DNA of 64,000 nucleotides from Candidatus Cloacimonadota bacterium (GCA_021108395.1 JAIOQZ010000026.1:30051-94050), one strand, 5' to 3'. Shown: positions 45,901 through 53,850, numbered from the stretch's first letter. The notes: a model not told the origin generated them from the letters alone. A program made the numbers and translations.

Positions 45901-45903
45901 TGA
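39955..45903 (+). CDS. Bacterial alpha-2-macroglobulin family protein, thioester-less
   Basis: ATG 39955 with GGAGGA 8 nt upstream (the ORF track starts at 39886). ETAFFYPNLRTDENGEAVFSFTVPDALTRWKCLAFAY is the conserved A2M motif. The expected thioester position reads LPYLMESQHPSS (no CxEQ). Confidence 0.8.
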   Translation: MKTKNNATGFRPRKTTHVQRLLLLLLLTTCMMGATEHQLWQQVKQLETQDLPRRADEAVQTILEEAHAAGDTVQYIQAVIYRVKYLRVLREDGYVPVDSLLKAEIARSDGVARALLWSMRGEQLAQMPVGYGGRYHWGTPARTRGPVDPNDLRTWDNATRSAEIMRCYERSLVQPELLLVTPLTDFRSLMKLGGGDSTPLNTTMLHLLAHRALDYYQSYSPPPAMHDIVPLDESWLCSAHELQQRSVPPGDSLSANARALRLYQQLQRSVAPQKTEAGVLYTLDRLEWVYGSLPQSYITYDNMLDTMMRRWRDNQVYSDICYKRAELWSEFGRTYNRTGEGNADARQKAVRYATMGMEAYPDSHGGKNCKGIYKTHLSPEAAVFILPVYPPAQDFPVRIDYTNTDSLTLDLYRVDYSVATSRLHSYTELITLMDSVDVFRSYAVNLPASTDYNEHSSEFIIEGLETGAYLCNIRAATGPFSKPMLFQVTSLDLLIMGSRDTLDFHVVDRVSGQPVPGAGIVLTRRVNREWINSATLVTDESGFAPYTDFPRTTLIISVQTSDDCFISRLPLSFWSARRRHDHLVRTFLTDRAIYRPGQTVHFTEIIWNHSGFLNFTPDRHRRQFVLSGPKHSSESSLVLRPDEFGACSGSFTLPRGGATGRYCISLVYYKTHCILVEEYKRPTFSLELNQPQGSFALGDSLTIRGRATAYAGYDLSSASVRWSVATTANINRQPRYQVPGSIIASGETSIASDGSFEFDFPLQILSHTDDARQIFEVNVEITDAGCETRDANLSFTASTQAIHIEADSQERLECSEVATIGVQVQNAAGQPIDAVVQMQVERLVSPDRLLRVAKWESSDVPLYDREEWVRRLPHQPWSDELDQDTWAVAETMLKTTISTATETGYELKNCRGWTQGAYRLIFTATDAQGHQTTLVRHITLYDREARQPPLPQYLWFVAPNSVESGEIAEILIGSAAPDVWAIVEIQRSGKLERQYMRLNNSQQRISIPIIDSDIGGIFVSVAFVKDNRQYIEQKTIQVPARQMQLDVHLTTLRDTLRPGAEETWTLQVNDYFGEPVTNAQIAATLYDASLDAFKNLQWQPRFLDRFRRQLIYIRSANNPEPQRQQLSRRYVAHYQSYKRRTLNWQLGRRMYSPYQRGGISIYGFSDGTEVKGFETNDIAVETQVASYAARAPAGSTPPVDDKPEAPRTKLAETAFFYPNLRTDENGEAVFSFTVPDALTRWKCLAFAYTRDAAQGNLTRKFVTQKQLMAQPNPPRFLRASDVTGLPLRIQNVTGEAIAGTARLEILDAFTMRPLGEAFGLNEPERPFAAAALGGTSVRWDVTVPQGVQAVVLRFRATGDNHTDAVELTLPVLPGRMLVTETLPMPVRGNQSRSFTFDRLRDSTSPTLTHQALTLEFTSNPAWLAVLALPYLMESQHPSSDAVFSRLYANTLAAHIVTPDIECTFALWRELNDGPALLSPLERNHDLKQALLEETPWVRQAMTESQQRRDIALLFDANRLRNESATALRKLRQMQSGGGWPWFPEMRPSEWITRRIVTGLGKLNAVGALSEAQSTEVARMAVPAIVWLDSRAAERYRHILDNSISPDSMHIGSSEAHWLLARSYWPQMTVRDDAAEALDYWMSQARKYWTRQPIATKAMIALALHRTGDATTPGRILASLRDYAIRDEETGWHWKLPQSWWWYDRPIETQALLAQAFFEIEGDTQSADEIRLWLLKQKQTSNWETNTATADACWALLTQGADWLAGNQAVSIEVGGEMVQAGMDDTAQAEAGTGWFRHSWQATEVAPELAEVEVANPNPGPAWGALYWQYFENLDRIEASAEMPLQLRRELLREQMTDQGAELVRISDGDPLRVGDKLVVRLTIETDRAMEYVHIKDMRAAGAEPLDVLSGCEWRDGLCYYRSTRDTATYFFIERLPRGLYVFEYRLWAAQPGVYKAGIGTAQCMYAPEFSAHTQGETLEVSE

Positions 45904-46104
45904 CAAGCTCGCTTTTGAAAAAAGCGAGACCAAAAACTTCTCTAAAAGGGTCACTCCGCTTCGCTACATGACTGGAACCTTCGTTTCCTATGTACAAAAG
46001 AATCATTTTGTGCACAGGATGCGTTAGCATCCGCTAAATGTTTTTGAACCAAACTTTTTACAAAAAGTTTGGCGGGGTGTCAGGGGCAGAGCCCCTGTCT
46101 CTTA
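45901..46104. repeat. Mosaic palindromic-unit intergenic repeat, copy C (overlaps the stop codons of both convergent genes)
   Basis: Units at 45908-45928 CTCGCTTTT-GAA-AAAAGCGAG, 45974-45988, 46017-46032 GGATGC-GTTA-GCATCC, 46051-46070 AAACTTTTTACAAAAAGTTT and 46081-46097 CAGGGG-CAGAG-CCCCTG. Block at 45945-45972. Confidence 0.85.
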
Positions 46105-49100
46105 ACAAGCTCAACAACTTCTCGACCTGATAGCCACTGTGTTGCATAGCCTTCCACAGGCTTTGCAGCCACTCACCCAGGCGAGACACAGCCTCGTCTT
46201 CCTCGGACTGACCCTCGCAGCCGGCGGCGCAGCGCAACAGCAGCACAGCCGTCACCCAGCCCAACATCTGCTCGAACCGCTCCTGGTTGAACCACAGCAC
46301 ATCGCGCCAGCGATTCACTTGCAGCCACTGCCGCACATCCTCGTCGGCCAGCATATGCTGCACGAAACGAAGCGGCGTTTCCCAGTCGCTGTCGCTTTTC
46401 ATAGCCTGCTGGTGCTCGGTGAGGCTGGCGATAAGCTCGACGGCGCTTTCGGCGCGTTCGTCCAGCAGGTGACGATATTGCTCACGCATCGGTTGCAGCA
46501 GTAACCACTGGTCGATGTAGCTACGACTGCGCTCGGCAGCCCATTTGTCACCCTCGACCTCGCCCAGCCGATGCACCAGCGCCCAGCCAACCAACACCAG
46601 GCGGTCGAAGCTCTGCTCGAAGTTGCACTTGACCGGAGCATACTCATGCAGTGATGAATAGATGGAACTGATTCTTTTGCGCGAGGCCAGCAACTGTAGC
46701 TCGCGGTGAACACGCGACCATACTTTCTCGGCGTTTTCGGAGTGGCCTGTCATCTCGACCAGTCGAGCCAGCAGGGAACTGTACATCGGCGCCAGGCTTT
46801 CCAGCAACTCTGGCATGGCGCTCTCTCCGGCTGCGGCCAGTTCTTGCAGGCGCGTGGCCTCGAACACGGCCCCAAACGCCTCCTGCAACGGCTGCAGGAA
46901 GGTCTCCTTCATCGCCATGCGCATGTCGGGCACGCCGCGACCGGTCAGATAGCGTTCGAGGTGCGCCCAGCGTTGGGCGCTGTCGTCGGCCACTTCCTCG
47001 AATTCGATGAAAACGTGATACTTGAACGCCCCCAGCTCGACGAACAGTCCCTCATGATGCAGGCTGTCGGCGCGGCGGATGTACTGTAGGCCGACCACAT
47101 GATCGCGGAAGATGACGAAGCGGTCGTCGCCGCGCCGCAGGCCCAGGCCTTCGCCGACACTGCCGGGGTTGAACCCGTCGCCGCGTCGGGCGGTGGTGTT
47201 TTTCACCCAGCCGGCGGCCTCGTCGAAACGGTTGTTGTATATCACCAGCGCCCGTTCGTCGCCACAGCGGTTGGTGTGGGCAAAGACGTTCTGGTTCACC
47301 TGGCCGTGTGCATCGATAAAGTCGTAGAGGGCGAAGTTCTTCACCTCGGCAAAGACGTGCCGCAGCTTCATCAAGGGGAATATCTCACGCTCGTGGCGAC
47401 GCACCAGCCACTGGTCGGGCTGCTCGTCCCACATAGCGCGGCTGTACTCCATGCCATAGCGCTCTTTCAGGCCTTCGATCTGCCCGTGGCCAAACATGGG
47501 CAGACCAGGCAGCGTCACCATGAGGGTGCACACGCCGAAGTATTTGTCGTCCTGCCCGAACTGCGCGATGGCCGTTTCCTCGTCAGGGTTGTTCATGAAG
47601 TTCACCAGCCGCTTCAGAATCTCGGGGTTGAATTCGAGCACGTTGCGAATGGTCTGGCGATATTTCTCGTTCTCCTCGCTCTTCAGCATGTTCATGAAGG
47701 CGCTGTTATAGACGCGGTGCATGCCCAACGTGCGCACAAAGTAGCCCTCCATCAGCCAGAAGGCCTCGGCCAGCAGCAGCGTGTCGGGGGCCACTTCGGC
47801 AACCTTGTCCACCACCTGTCGCCAGAATTCCTCCGGCATGGCGGCGTCGAACTGCTCGCGGCTGAGGCCGCATTCGGCGCGACTGGGAATGTCGCCGCCA
47901 GAGCCTGGTTCGGGAAACCACAACCGCTGAAAGTGTTTCTTTGTGAGCGTCATGGCGGCGTCGAAGCGGATGATGGGGAACTGCTGCGCAATGGCGACAA
48001 TCCTGTCGAGCACCGCCTGGCGCACTTCCGGCAGCAGATAGTTGAGCTGCGCCGTGTCGTTCCAGGGCATATTGGTGCCGTCGTTGCCGTGATAGATGTA
48101 GCGTTCGCCGTGGTCGTCGGCGCGCTTGAACGTCACTGCGGCGTCGGTGCGGTCGTAATAGTGATCCTCGACCCACAGACCCACGCCGGGCTGCTCGCTG
48201 AGATTGGCGCTGTTGTAGGTGTAGGCGGGAAACGGCGGCTGCGACGACTGCACGAACCACTCAGGATGCTCGATTACCCAGCGCGAATCGATGCCCATGT
48301 GATTTGGCACCATGTCACTGCCCATGCGGATGCCACGTTGCCAGGCGCGATGCCTGAGATCGGCGAGGGCAGCTTCGCCGCCCAGGTCTTCGGCGATGGT
48401 GTAGTCGTGCAGGGAATATGCGCTGGCAATGGCGTCGTCACGGCCAAGCATCTGTTTGAGGCGGCGCGAGGCGAGGCTGCGCTCCCATACCCCGATGAGC
48501 CACAGGCCGGTGAATCCCCAGTCGCGCAGGCGGTCGAGCTCCTCGTCGGGAATCTGGTCGAGGCGCGTGATGGTGCGCTGATAGCGGCGCGAAAGCTGGT
48601 CGAGCCACACATAAGTGCTCTTGGCGATGAGCAGCAGACGCGGCATCCAGTCGCGGTCGGGACTGAACCGCTCCGGCTCGTCTTCGGCATGGCGGCGGGC
48701 AAACTGAAGCACCTGGCTCTCGCCCTTGCCATCGAAGTGTACCTTGTCCTCTTCCGCGATGAAATCCATGCCGCGCAGCAAGACATAGAACCACTCTTCC
48801 AGCAGGCTGCCCCAGCGACGGCGAATGTAGTCGAGCTGGCCGGGGATGGAGTGCGGCTCGGCCTCGGCAGGCTCACGCAGCATTTGCACCAGCGGCTTGT
48901 TGTCGGGGCCGAACCCCGGCTGTGCGGCAAAGAAGTCGTCGATAGCGCTCATGGCCGTGACAAAAGCAGGCTGCCGACGCACCGCGTCGCTGCGGAACAT
49001 ATCGTCGAACCCGGCGAAAGCCTCGTTGCTGTCGGTGAGCCAAAAGCGCAACAGTTCCCGTACGATCAGGCTCTGGCGGTCATCGCCGCCAGCTTCGAGC

Positions 49101-49504
49101 CACGCGGCGGGGGTTTGCTCTCCAGAGTCAACCTCCTGTGGCGGAAACTCGCCGATGTAGGTTTCGAGCAGGTCGCGCAGCGTGTCTTCGCCCAGCGCTT
49201 CGCGCAGGTTGTCGCGACAGGCGGCCAGCGTATCGCCATCGTGACGCTCGGCATACAGGTCCATCACGAGAAAAAGGATGCGGTCGATGAGACCGGCGCC
49301 ATGCAGATGCCCGGCGCGGACGGCGCGCTCTGGATACAGGCTCACCTGCCGCTGAATGTTTATCTGCCGCGCAAAGAGTCGGGCAATCTGAAAGTGCTCG
49401 AATACCGCTTTGCCCTGCGATGACAGCATGTCCTGGCGCAGGCGGTAGCGACGACGGGCGGCTTGCGTGACGTGTAATCCGGGATAGCGTTTTGCTTCGG
49501 GCAA
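46058..49504 (-). CDS. Large GH13 (alpha-amylase family) glycoside hydrolase/transferase
   Basis: Region I SDMVPNH, region II IIRFDAAMTL, region III LLLAEAFW, region IV-like NFMNNPDE. 1148 aa. The last 15 codons lie inside repeat copy C. Confidence 0.8.
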   Translation of the reverse strand: MPEAKRYPGLHVTQAARRRYRLRQDMLSSQGKAVFEHFQIARLFARQINIQRQVSLYPERAVRAGHLHGAGLIDRILFLVMDLYAERHDGDTLAACRDNLREALGEDTLRDLLETYIGEFPPQEVDSGEQTPAAWLEAGGDDRQSLIVRELLRFWLTDSNEAFAGFDDMFRSDAVRRQPAFVTAMSAIDDFFAAQPGFGPDNKPLVQMLREPAEAEPHSIPGQLDYIRRRWGSLLEEWFYVLLRGMDFIAEEDKVHFDGKGESQVLQFARRHAEDEPERFSPDRDWMPRLLLIAKSTYVWLDQLSRRYQRTITRLDQIPDEELDRLRDWGFTGLWLIGVWERSLASRRLKQMLGRDDAIASAYSLHDYTIAEDLGGEAALADLRHRAWQRGIRMGSDMVPNHMGIDSRWVIEHPEWFVQSSQPPFPAYTYNSANLSEQPGVGLWVEDHYYDRTDAAVTFKRADDHGERYIYHGNDGTNMPWNDTAQLNYLLPEVRQAVLDRIVAIAQQFPIIRFDAAMTLTKKHFQRLWFPEPGSGGDIPSRAECGLSREQFDAAMPEEFWRQVVDKVAEVAPDTLLLAEAFWLMEGYFVRTLGMHRVYNSAFMNMLKSEENEKYRQTIRNVLEFNPEILKRLVNFMNNPDEETAIAQFGQDDKYFGVCTLMVTLPGLPMFGHGQIEGLKERYGMEYSRAMWDEQPDQWLVRRHEREIFPLMKLRHVFAEVKNFALYDFIDAHGQVNQNVFAHTNRCGDERALVIYNNRFDEAAGWVKNTTARRGDGFNPGSVGEGLGLRRGDDRFVIFRDHVVGLQYIRRADSLHHEGLFVELGAFKYHVFIEFEEVADDSAQRWAHLERYLTGRGVPDMRMAMKETFLQPLQEAFGAVFEATRLQELAAAGESAMPELLESLAPMYSSLLARLVEMTGHSENAEKVWSRVHRELQLLASRKRISSIYSSLHEYAPVKCNFEQSFDRLVLVGWALVHRLGEVEGDKWAAERSRSYIDQWLLLQPMREQYRHLLDERAESAVELIASLTEHQQAMKSDSDWETPLRFVQHMLADEDVRQWLQVNRWRDVLWFNQERFEQMLGWVTAVLLLRCAAGCEGQSEEDEAVSRLGEWLQSLWKAMQHSGYQVEKLLSLLRDRGSAPDTPPNFL

Positions 49505-49540
49505 GAGTGTCTCCTTTTATCGAATATCGCGGTACTGATT

Positions 49541-50074
49541 CTATCGGTTTACTCGCCGATGGGCCGCCAGAGCACGGATGCGCTCGATGAATCGCTCGCG
49601 TCGAGCGGGGTCGGCCAGACATTCCTCGTTCTCGATGGGCAAGTCGGGGAAGCGCGCCAGCGCCGCTGCGGCAAACAAACCCGACGTGCGCCCCACGACT
49701 GCCGCTGAATCGCTGGAATCTGCATAGAGCTTCACATCGCCGAGGCCACAACTGGGCGAACGGCTCTTGAGGATGAAGCCGTCCACCTCGCCCAAGGCCG
49801 CCAGAGTGCGGGCGGCGTAGTCGCGCATGGTCATCGAAAGATCGGCGCCGGTTTCGCTCTGTAGCAGGCGCTCGCCGTCGTCGAGACGCACAATATTTAT
49901 GGGCAGGCGCGGCACGCCCAGTCCGATGTCCATCTCGGGGCACAGCGGGTGGAAGTCAACCAGGCCACGCAGCAGGTCGATGGCTGGACAGGCGATGCTC
50001 TGGCCATCCCAGCGGCAGGCCTCGAATCCGAGGCAGCGGCTTACGACTATGCGCGGTCGGGCAAGGTGACTCAC
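49541..50074 (-). CDS. DUF523 (TudS/YbbK-like) protein
   Basis: IVVSRCLGFEACRWDGQS.. and KSRSPSCGL motifs. GTG 50074 forms a GTGA overlap with the upstream stop; the ORF track's longer N-terminus overlaps the upstream gene. Confidence 0.65.
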   Translation of the reverse strand: MSHLARPRIVVSRCLGFEACRWDGQSIACPAIDLLRGLVDFHPLCPEMDIGLGVPRLPINIVRLDDGERLLQSETGADLSMTMRDYAARTLAALGEVDGFILKSRSPSCGLGDVKLYADSSDSAAVVGRTSGLFAAAALARFPDLPIENEECLADPARRERFIERIRALAAHRRVNR

Positions 50075-50868
50075 TCGGTGGTTCCGGTCGGGTCTGGATT
50101 GAGCAGATCGTTGGCCTTCACTGCACGATAGGGCGGAGCGGACTTCAAAGTTGTGGAGATGGCCTGCACAGGACAGAAGTTGATGCACCGCACGCATATC
50201 TCGCAATGATCCTGCATCTCTGGGAACTCATACATGCGGATGTTGTCGGTAGGACAAAGCTTGTAGCACAGGCCACAGCGAATACAGCGCGAGGTATCGA
50301 TGGTGAGGGCGAGCTTGCGGCGCATGGACTGCCAGGGTTTCTCGCTGCGGGACACTCTGTTCATCAAATTCGGCAAAACTGGCACTTCCCGCCACTTCGC
50401 AAGGCCATAGTGAAGATCATGAGCGAAGATACGCGCCTTTTTGAGTCCCTTCGCGATTCGTTTCCGCTTCTTTTCCTCGTCCTTCATCACCTTCATGAAG
50501 TTTGCCGGCATGACGATCTCGCATGCGCCCATAGGCGTATATCCCTTCGACTTCAGCAGTTTGCGCATTGGGCCGACGAGGCCGCCGGAATACCCGGCAA
50601 GCGTGTCGAGCATGAAAGCGCCTGTGCCCTGCACCTGCGGCAATGCCTCGACAAAGCGCCACACAAAGGGATAGGTGGACTGCACAGCCACCGGAAAGGC
50701 GAGGCCCAGCGTGCGCGTGGGGTCGATAGCGGCCGGGTCGGCCTTCTCCAACCTCAACAGGCGGATGTCGATGCCCTGCTGGCAAAAATATCTGGCTACT
50801 TCGCACGCCGCCAACAGCGTGTTGCCAGTACCGCTGAACACATACAGGTCGATGGGGTTCTCGTGCAT
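50071..50868 (-). CDS. Flavodoxin-like plus 2x[4Fe-4S] ferredoxin-domain protein (EFR1-type)
   Basis: LYVFSGTGNTLLAA flavodoxin-like N-terminus. CIRCGLCYKLCP and CEICVRCINFCP clusters. ATG 50868 is preceded by GGGAGG. Confidence 0.75.
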   Translation of the reverse strand: MHENPIDLYVFSGTGNTLLAACEVARYFCQQGIDIRLLRLEKADPAAIDPTRTLGLAFPVAVQSTYPFVWRFVEALPQVQGTGAFMLDTLAGYSGGLVGPMRKLLKSKGYTPMGACEIVMPANFMKVMKDEEKKRKRIAKGLKKARIFAHDLHYGLAKWREVPVLPNLMNRVSRSEKPWQSMRRKLALTIDTSRCIRCGLCYKLCPTDNIRMYEFPEMQDHCEICVRCINFCPVQAISTTLKSAPPYRAVKANDLLNPDPTGTTE

Positions 50869-50910
50869 TGTGCCTCCCGCGAGATTTACGCGCAATTTAC
50901 TCTGTTATCA

Positions 50911-50952
50911 CAGTAGTGAACGCATGGTTGTTTTGTCAAAGGAAAAGCGTTC
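50911..50952 (-). promoter_or_regulatory. Conserved 42-nt promoter/operator-like box, copy 1
   Basis: The minus strand reads GAACGCTTTTCCTTTGACAAAACAACCATGCGTTCACTACTG. It contains TTGACA, then 18 nt, then TACTGT, and a GAACGC..GCGTTC inverted repeat. Its 3-prime end is 42 nt upstream of the ATG. Identical to 53809-53850. Confidence 0.5.
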
Positions 50953-50991
50953 AGGCAGATTTGAAGACTGTATCGGGAACAAATGAGACGT

Positions 50992-53766
50992 CTATTTCAA
51001 TAATGTCAGCTTACCCGAAAACTCTTTTCTACCTGTCGAGATGCGGTAGAGATACACTCCAGAGGCTACAGCAACGCCATCCGAGTTCTTGCCATTCCAG
51101 TGAATCTGGTGTGAACCCGACGAATACAAACGCTGGGTGAGGGTGTTCACCTTTCTACCGCGCACATCGAATATGTCAATCGAGACAAGCGCTTCAGATG
51201 GTAAGTTGAGCCGGAATGTCACCTCGGGGTTGAATGGATTCGGGTAAACCGAGTATTCAAAAGGCAATTCAGGAATGGTGACGTCATCAATTGGAACGTA
51301 TTCCTGGATTGACCCGTGACAGGCGTAAAGACTGCCAAAACCGCTGAACGCCGTTTCGGGGATGAAAATGGCGACGAGCACAGAATCACTGTCATTAAAA
51401 CTTACACTCACAGAACTTCTGGCAAAGACATTAGGGGGAATCACGATTCCCGTGTTCCATTGGTACACTTGGGTAAACTCGCCATTATCGAGTCGTGACA
51501 CATCCATCTGTCCATCTTCGTGATGCTCTGTAAGACTGATATTCCCTTCAGTATCCTGTCCCAGACTGGCGGACAGGACTCCGCTTTCGTGAACAACAGA
51601 AACATCGCCTGCATCGATGCACAGGATTCTATCTGACTCCGGTGCGAAATCATCTCCCGCCATTTGCAGATACAACACGTCAGCGACTATCAGCTTCTTG
51701 AGACGTGAATCAGGCTCGTATGGCATATCGAGTAGAGTGTTGGTCTGTGAGGTTTCCAATACGCTCAGTATGCGGTAGTGGGGCAGCACGTCTTCGCCAT
51801 TGCCCATGTCGGCGTATATGACATAGAAGGCTTCTTCTGTACTGGCGATAACATAATCCGTTATCGGGTAATCCGACTCGATTTCTGAATGAAGCGTCCA
51901 CTCACTCGATCCGGCAGAACGGGTATAGACGCTCAGGGCAGGCTCGTCCTCAGTCAGCTCAAAACAGGCGATGGGGAATCCCGGCGGCGAGATGTAATCC
52001 AGTCTCGAATCCCAGATACGTTCCGCGTCATAGCCAATCCCGCCACCGCTTGCACCTGGTACATTAAAACCGTATTCCGGTGTAGGCCCATACATGTAAT
52101 TCTCCAGATCCCAATATCCCGTATCGAGTGGGCTGGAACCGGCGCGATGGGTAAACCCTCTGCGGTATGTTGCTTCTCCACCAAAGTGGTATTTCGTACC
52201 TCTCTCCTTGTAAGGTGTCCATTCCGGCCAGAGCGGGTTATGCCACGGGTAATCCGGGCCTGCGCTATCGCCGAGCGGGTTATAGCTATACCCGCCGCCG
52301 CCCCTGGCCGGCCAGGGCCAATATGGCGGATTGGCTGGTGGATAATTACATAGGTGCAAATCGATATGAGTATAGTATGTGCTGTCCATCACAACATTCG
52401 GGGTTGACTGATGCGGGTGCTGATACTGAAAAGTGAACAGTCCATCATCATGGTAATTGTCATTCTCAATTCCCTTGATTGCACACAGCGAACCATAGAT
52501 ATATACATCGGGGCAGTTGTAGTGATGTCGCAACGAATCACGCGGATCCCACAGCCCGTATTGAATATATATCTTTTTGTCGGAGTATAGCCCGAGTAGG
52601 TCGATATGATTCATCGGAGAGCCATCACTGCCATCGGGGTTGTCGCCAACCGCAGTGTTCACATAGGTCAAGTCGTCCACGATATAGATGTCCTCTGTGC
52701 ATAGCCAGGTCTGCATGCCCGTGATTTCGCCCTTTATCCACAGCTCATCATATACCGCGACAATTGATCCACTGGGCACTGTTCCCGATGTGCCGGCAGT
52801 CCACACGGTGTCACTCAGGACAATGCTGTTTACGCCAATTGAATCTCCTATTGGACCAAAGGGGGGATATATGTCGTAAACAGTGAACTGAGTGGCCACA
52901 GAGTCCGGTACGATGTCGCCATACATTACATCATAACTATTGCCCATGAGCTTGACATAGATGATTTCGTGAAGTTCAGAAGGAGAATCGCCAAACGGCG
53001 TGATGATGTTTTCCATGCTGGGCTCGAAGATATCTAACACTCGAGTTTCTTCGGCATAGCCACCCAAAAACACCCATTCCGGATTGGGGGTTCCGTTTGC
53101 ATACCGGAATTGACCAGAGGCGCTGACAAACCTGTGAAACATCGGCCAGCCGGTATAATTTTTCAGCCATATGTCGTCATTGGTATGTATTGGGCCCCAA
53201 AGTTCAGAACCAGCATAATAACAAATACCACCATTTTCAGATTGTGTGTAATTAAAGAATCCACTGAATCTGCTCAGGTTATCCCAGTAGCCAAATGGTT
53301 CTACCATTAAATCAGCCTCGTTATCTCGAACAAAGGCTCGGGGGATGTTTGCATAGCCTTCCACAGTGAAAACCTCAAATGCGCTGCCGCCGAAAGGCAT
53401 CTCTGCCCTGTAACACTGCCCTGCCACAATCCCATGTGAAAAATAGATAGCAACATCGCCTGCGTCGTTCACATCTATTACCGGGCCGCTGAATTCATCA
53501 TAGACGACAGGGCCATACACGTCTGTGTAAGTGAAAGTCTCGCCCATATCTTCGGAACGGGCGAATACTATGTATTTATCCCAATTACCCCGATCCTCGA
53601 TGTAGGTGGCCATCACCTGCTCGCCGGAGACATAAAAGGCGTCCTGCCCCGCAAATTTGACCGGATAGTCCCCCGCGACTTGATATGCCGAGGAAACCTG
53701 CGCAAAGATATTTATGCTCAGTAACATTGCAGTAACAACGAACAGCGCCTTTACTTTCGTTCCCAT
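50992..53766 (-). CDS. Large secreted hypothetical protein with a C-terminal T9SS/FlgD-Ig-like sorting domain
   Basis: ATG 53766 (GGGAGG upstream) gives signal peptide MGTKVKALFVVTAMLLSINIFAQ. The C-terminus YPNPFNPEVTFRLNL..VSIDIFDVRGRKV..SGVYLYRI..GKLTLLK fits the sorting-domain pattern. AT-richer than its neighbours. Confidence 0.75.
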   Translation of the reverse strand: MGTKVKALFVVTAMLLSINIFAQVSSAYQVAGDYPVKFAGQDAFYVSGEQVMATYIEDRGNWDKYIVFARSEDMGETFTYTDVYGPVVYDEFSGPVIDVNDAGDVAIYFSHGIVAGQCYRAEMPFGGSAFEVFTVEGYANIPRAFVRDNEADLMVEPFGYWDNLSRFSGFFNYTQSENGGICYYAGSELWGPIHTNDDIWLKNYTGWPMFHRFVSASGQFRYANGTPNPEWVFLGGYAEETRVLDIFEPSMENIITPFGDSPSELHEIIYVKLMGNSYDVMYGDIVPDSVATQFTVYDIYPPFGPIGDSIGVNSIVLSDTVWTAGTSGTVPSGSIVAVYDELWIKGEITGMQTWLCTEDIYIVDDLTYVNTAVGDNPDGSDGSPMNHIDLLGLYSDKKIYIQYGLWDPRDSLRHHYNCPDVYIYGSLCAIKGIENDNYHDDGLFTFQYQHPHQSTPNVVMDSTYYTHIDLHLCNYPPANPPYWPWPARGGGGYSYNPLGDSAGPDYPWHNPLWPEWTPYKERGTKYHFGGEATYRRGFTHRAGSSPLDTGYWDLENYMYGPTPEYGFNVPGASGGGIGYDAERIWDSRLDYISPPGFPIACFELTEDEPALSVYTRSAGSSEWTLHSEIESDYPITDYVIASTEEAFYVIYADMGNGEDVLPHYRILSVLETSQTNTLLDMPYEPDSRLKKLIVADVLYLQMAGDDFAPESDRILCIDAGDVSVVHESGVLSASLGQDTEGNISLTEHHEDGQMDVSRLDNGEFTQVYQWNTGIVIPPNVFARSSVSVSFNDSDSVLVAIFIPETAFSGFGSLYACHGSIQEYVPIDDVTIPELPFEYSVYPNPFNPEVTFRLNLPSEALVSIDIFDVRGRKVNTLTQRLYSSGSHQIHWNGKNSDGVAVASGVYLYRISTGRKEFSGKLTLLK

Positions 53767-53808
53767 AGTGCCTCCCGCGAAATCTACATGCACTTTCCTT
53801 TCCAATCG

Positions 53809-53850
53809 CAGTAGTGAACGCATGGTTGTTTTGTCAAAGGAAAAGCGTTC
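53809..53850 (-). promoter_or_regulatory. Conserved 42-nt promoter/operator-like box, copy 2
   Basis: 42/42 identical to 50911-50952. Same 42-nt distance to its ATG, and the same TCGCGGGAGGCAC ribosome-binding block. Confidence 0.5.
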
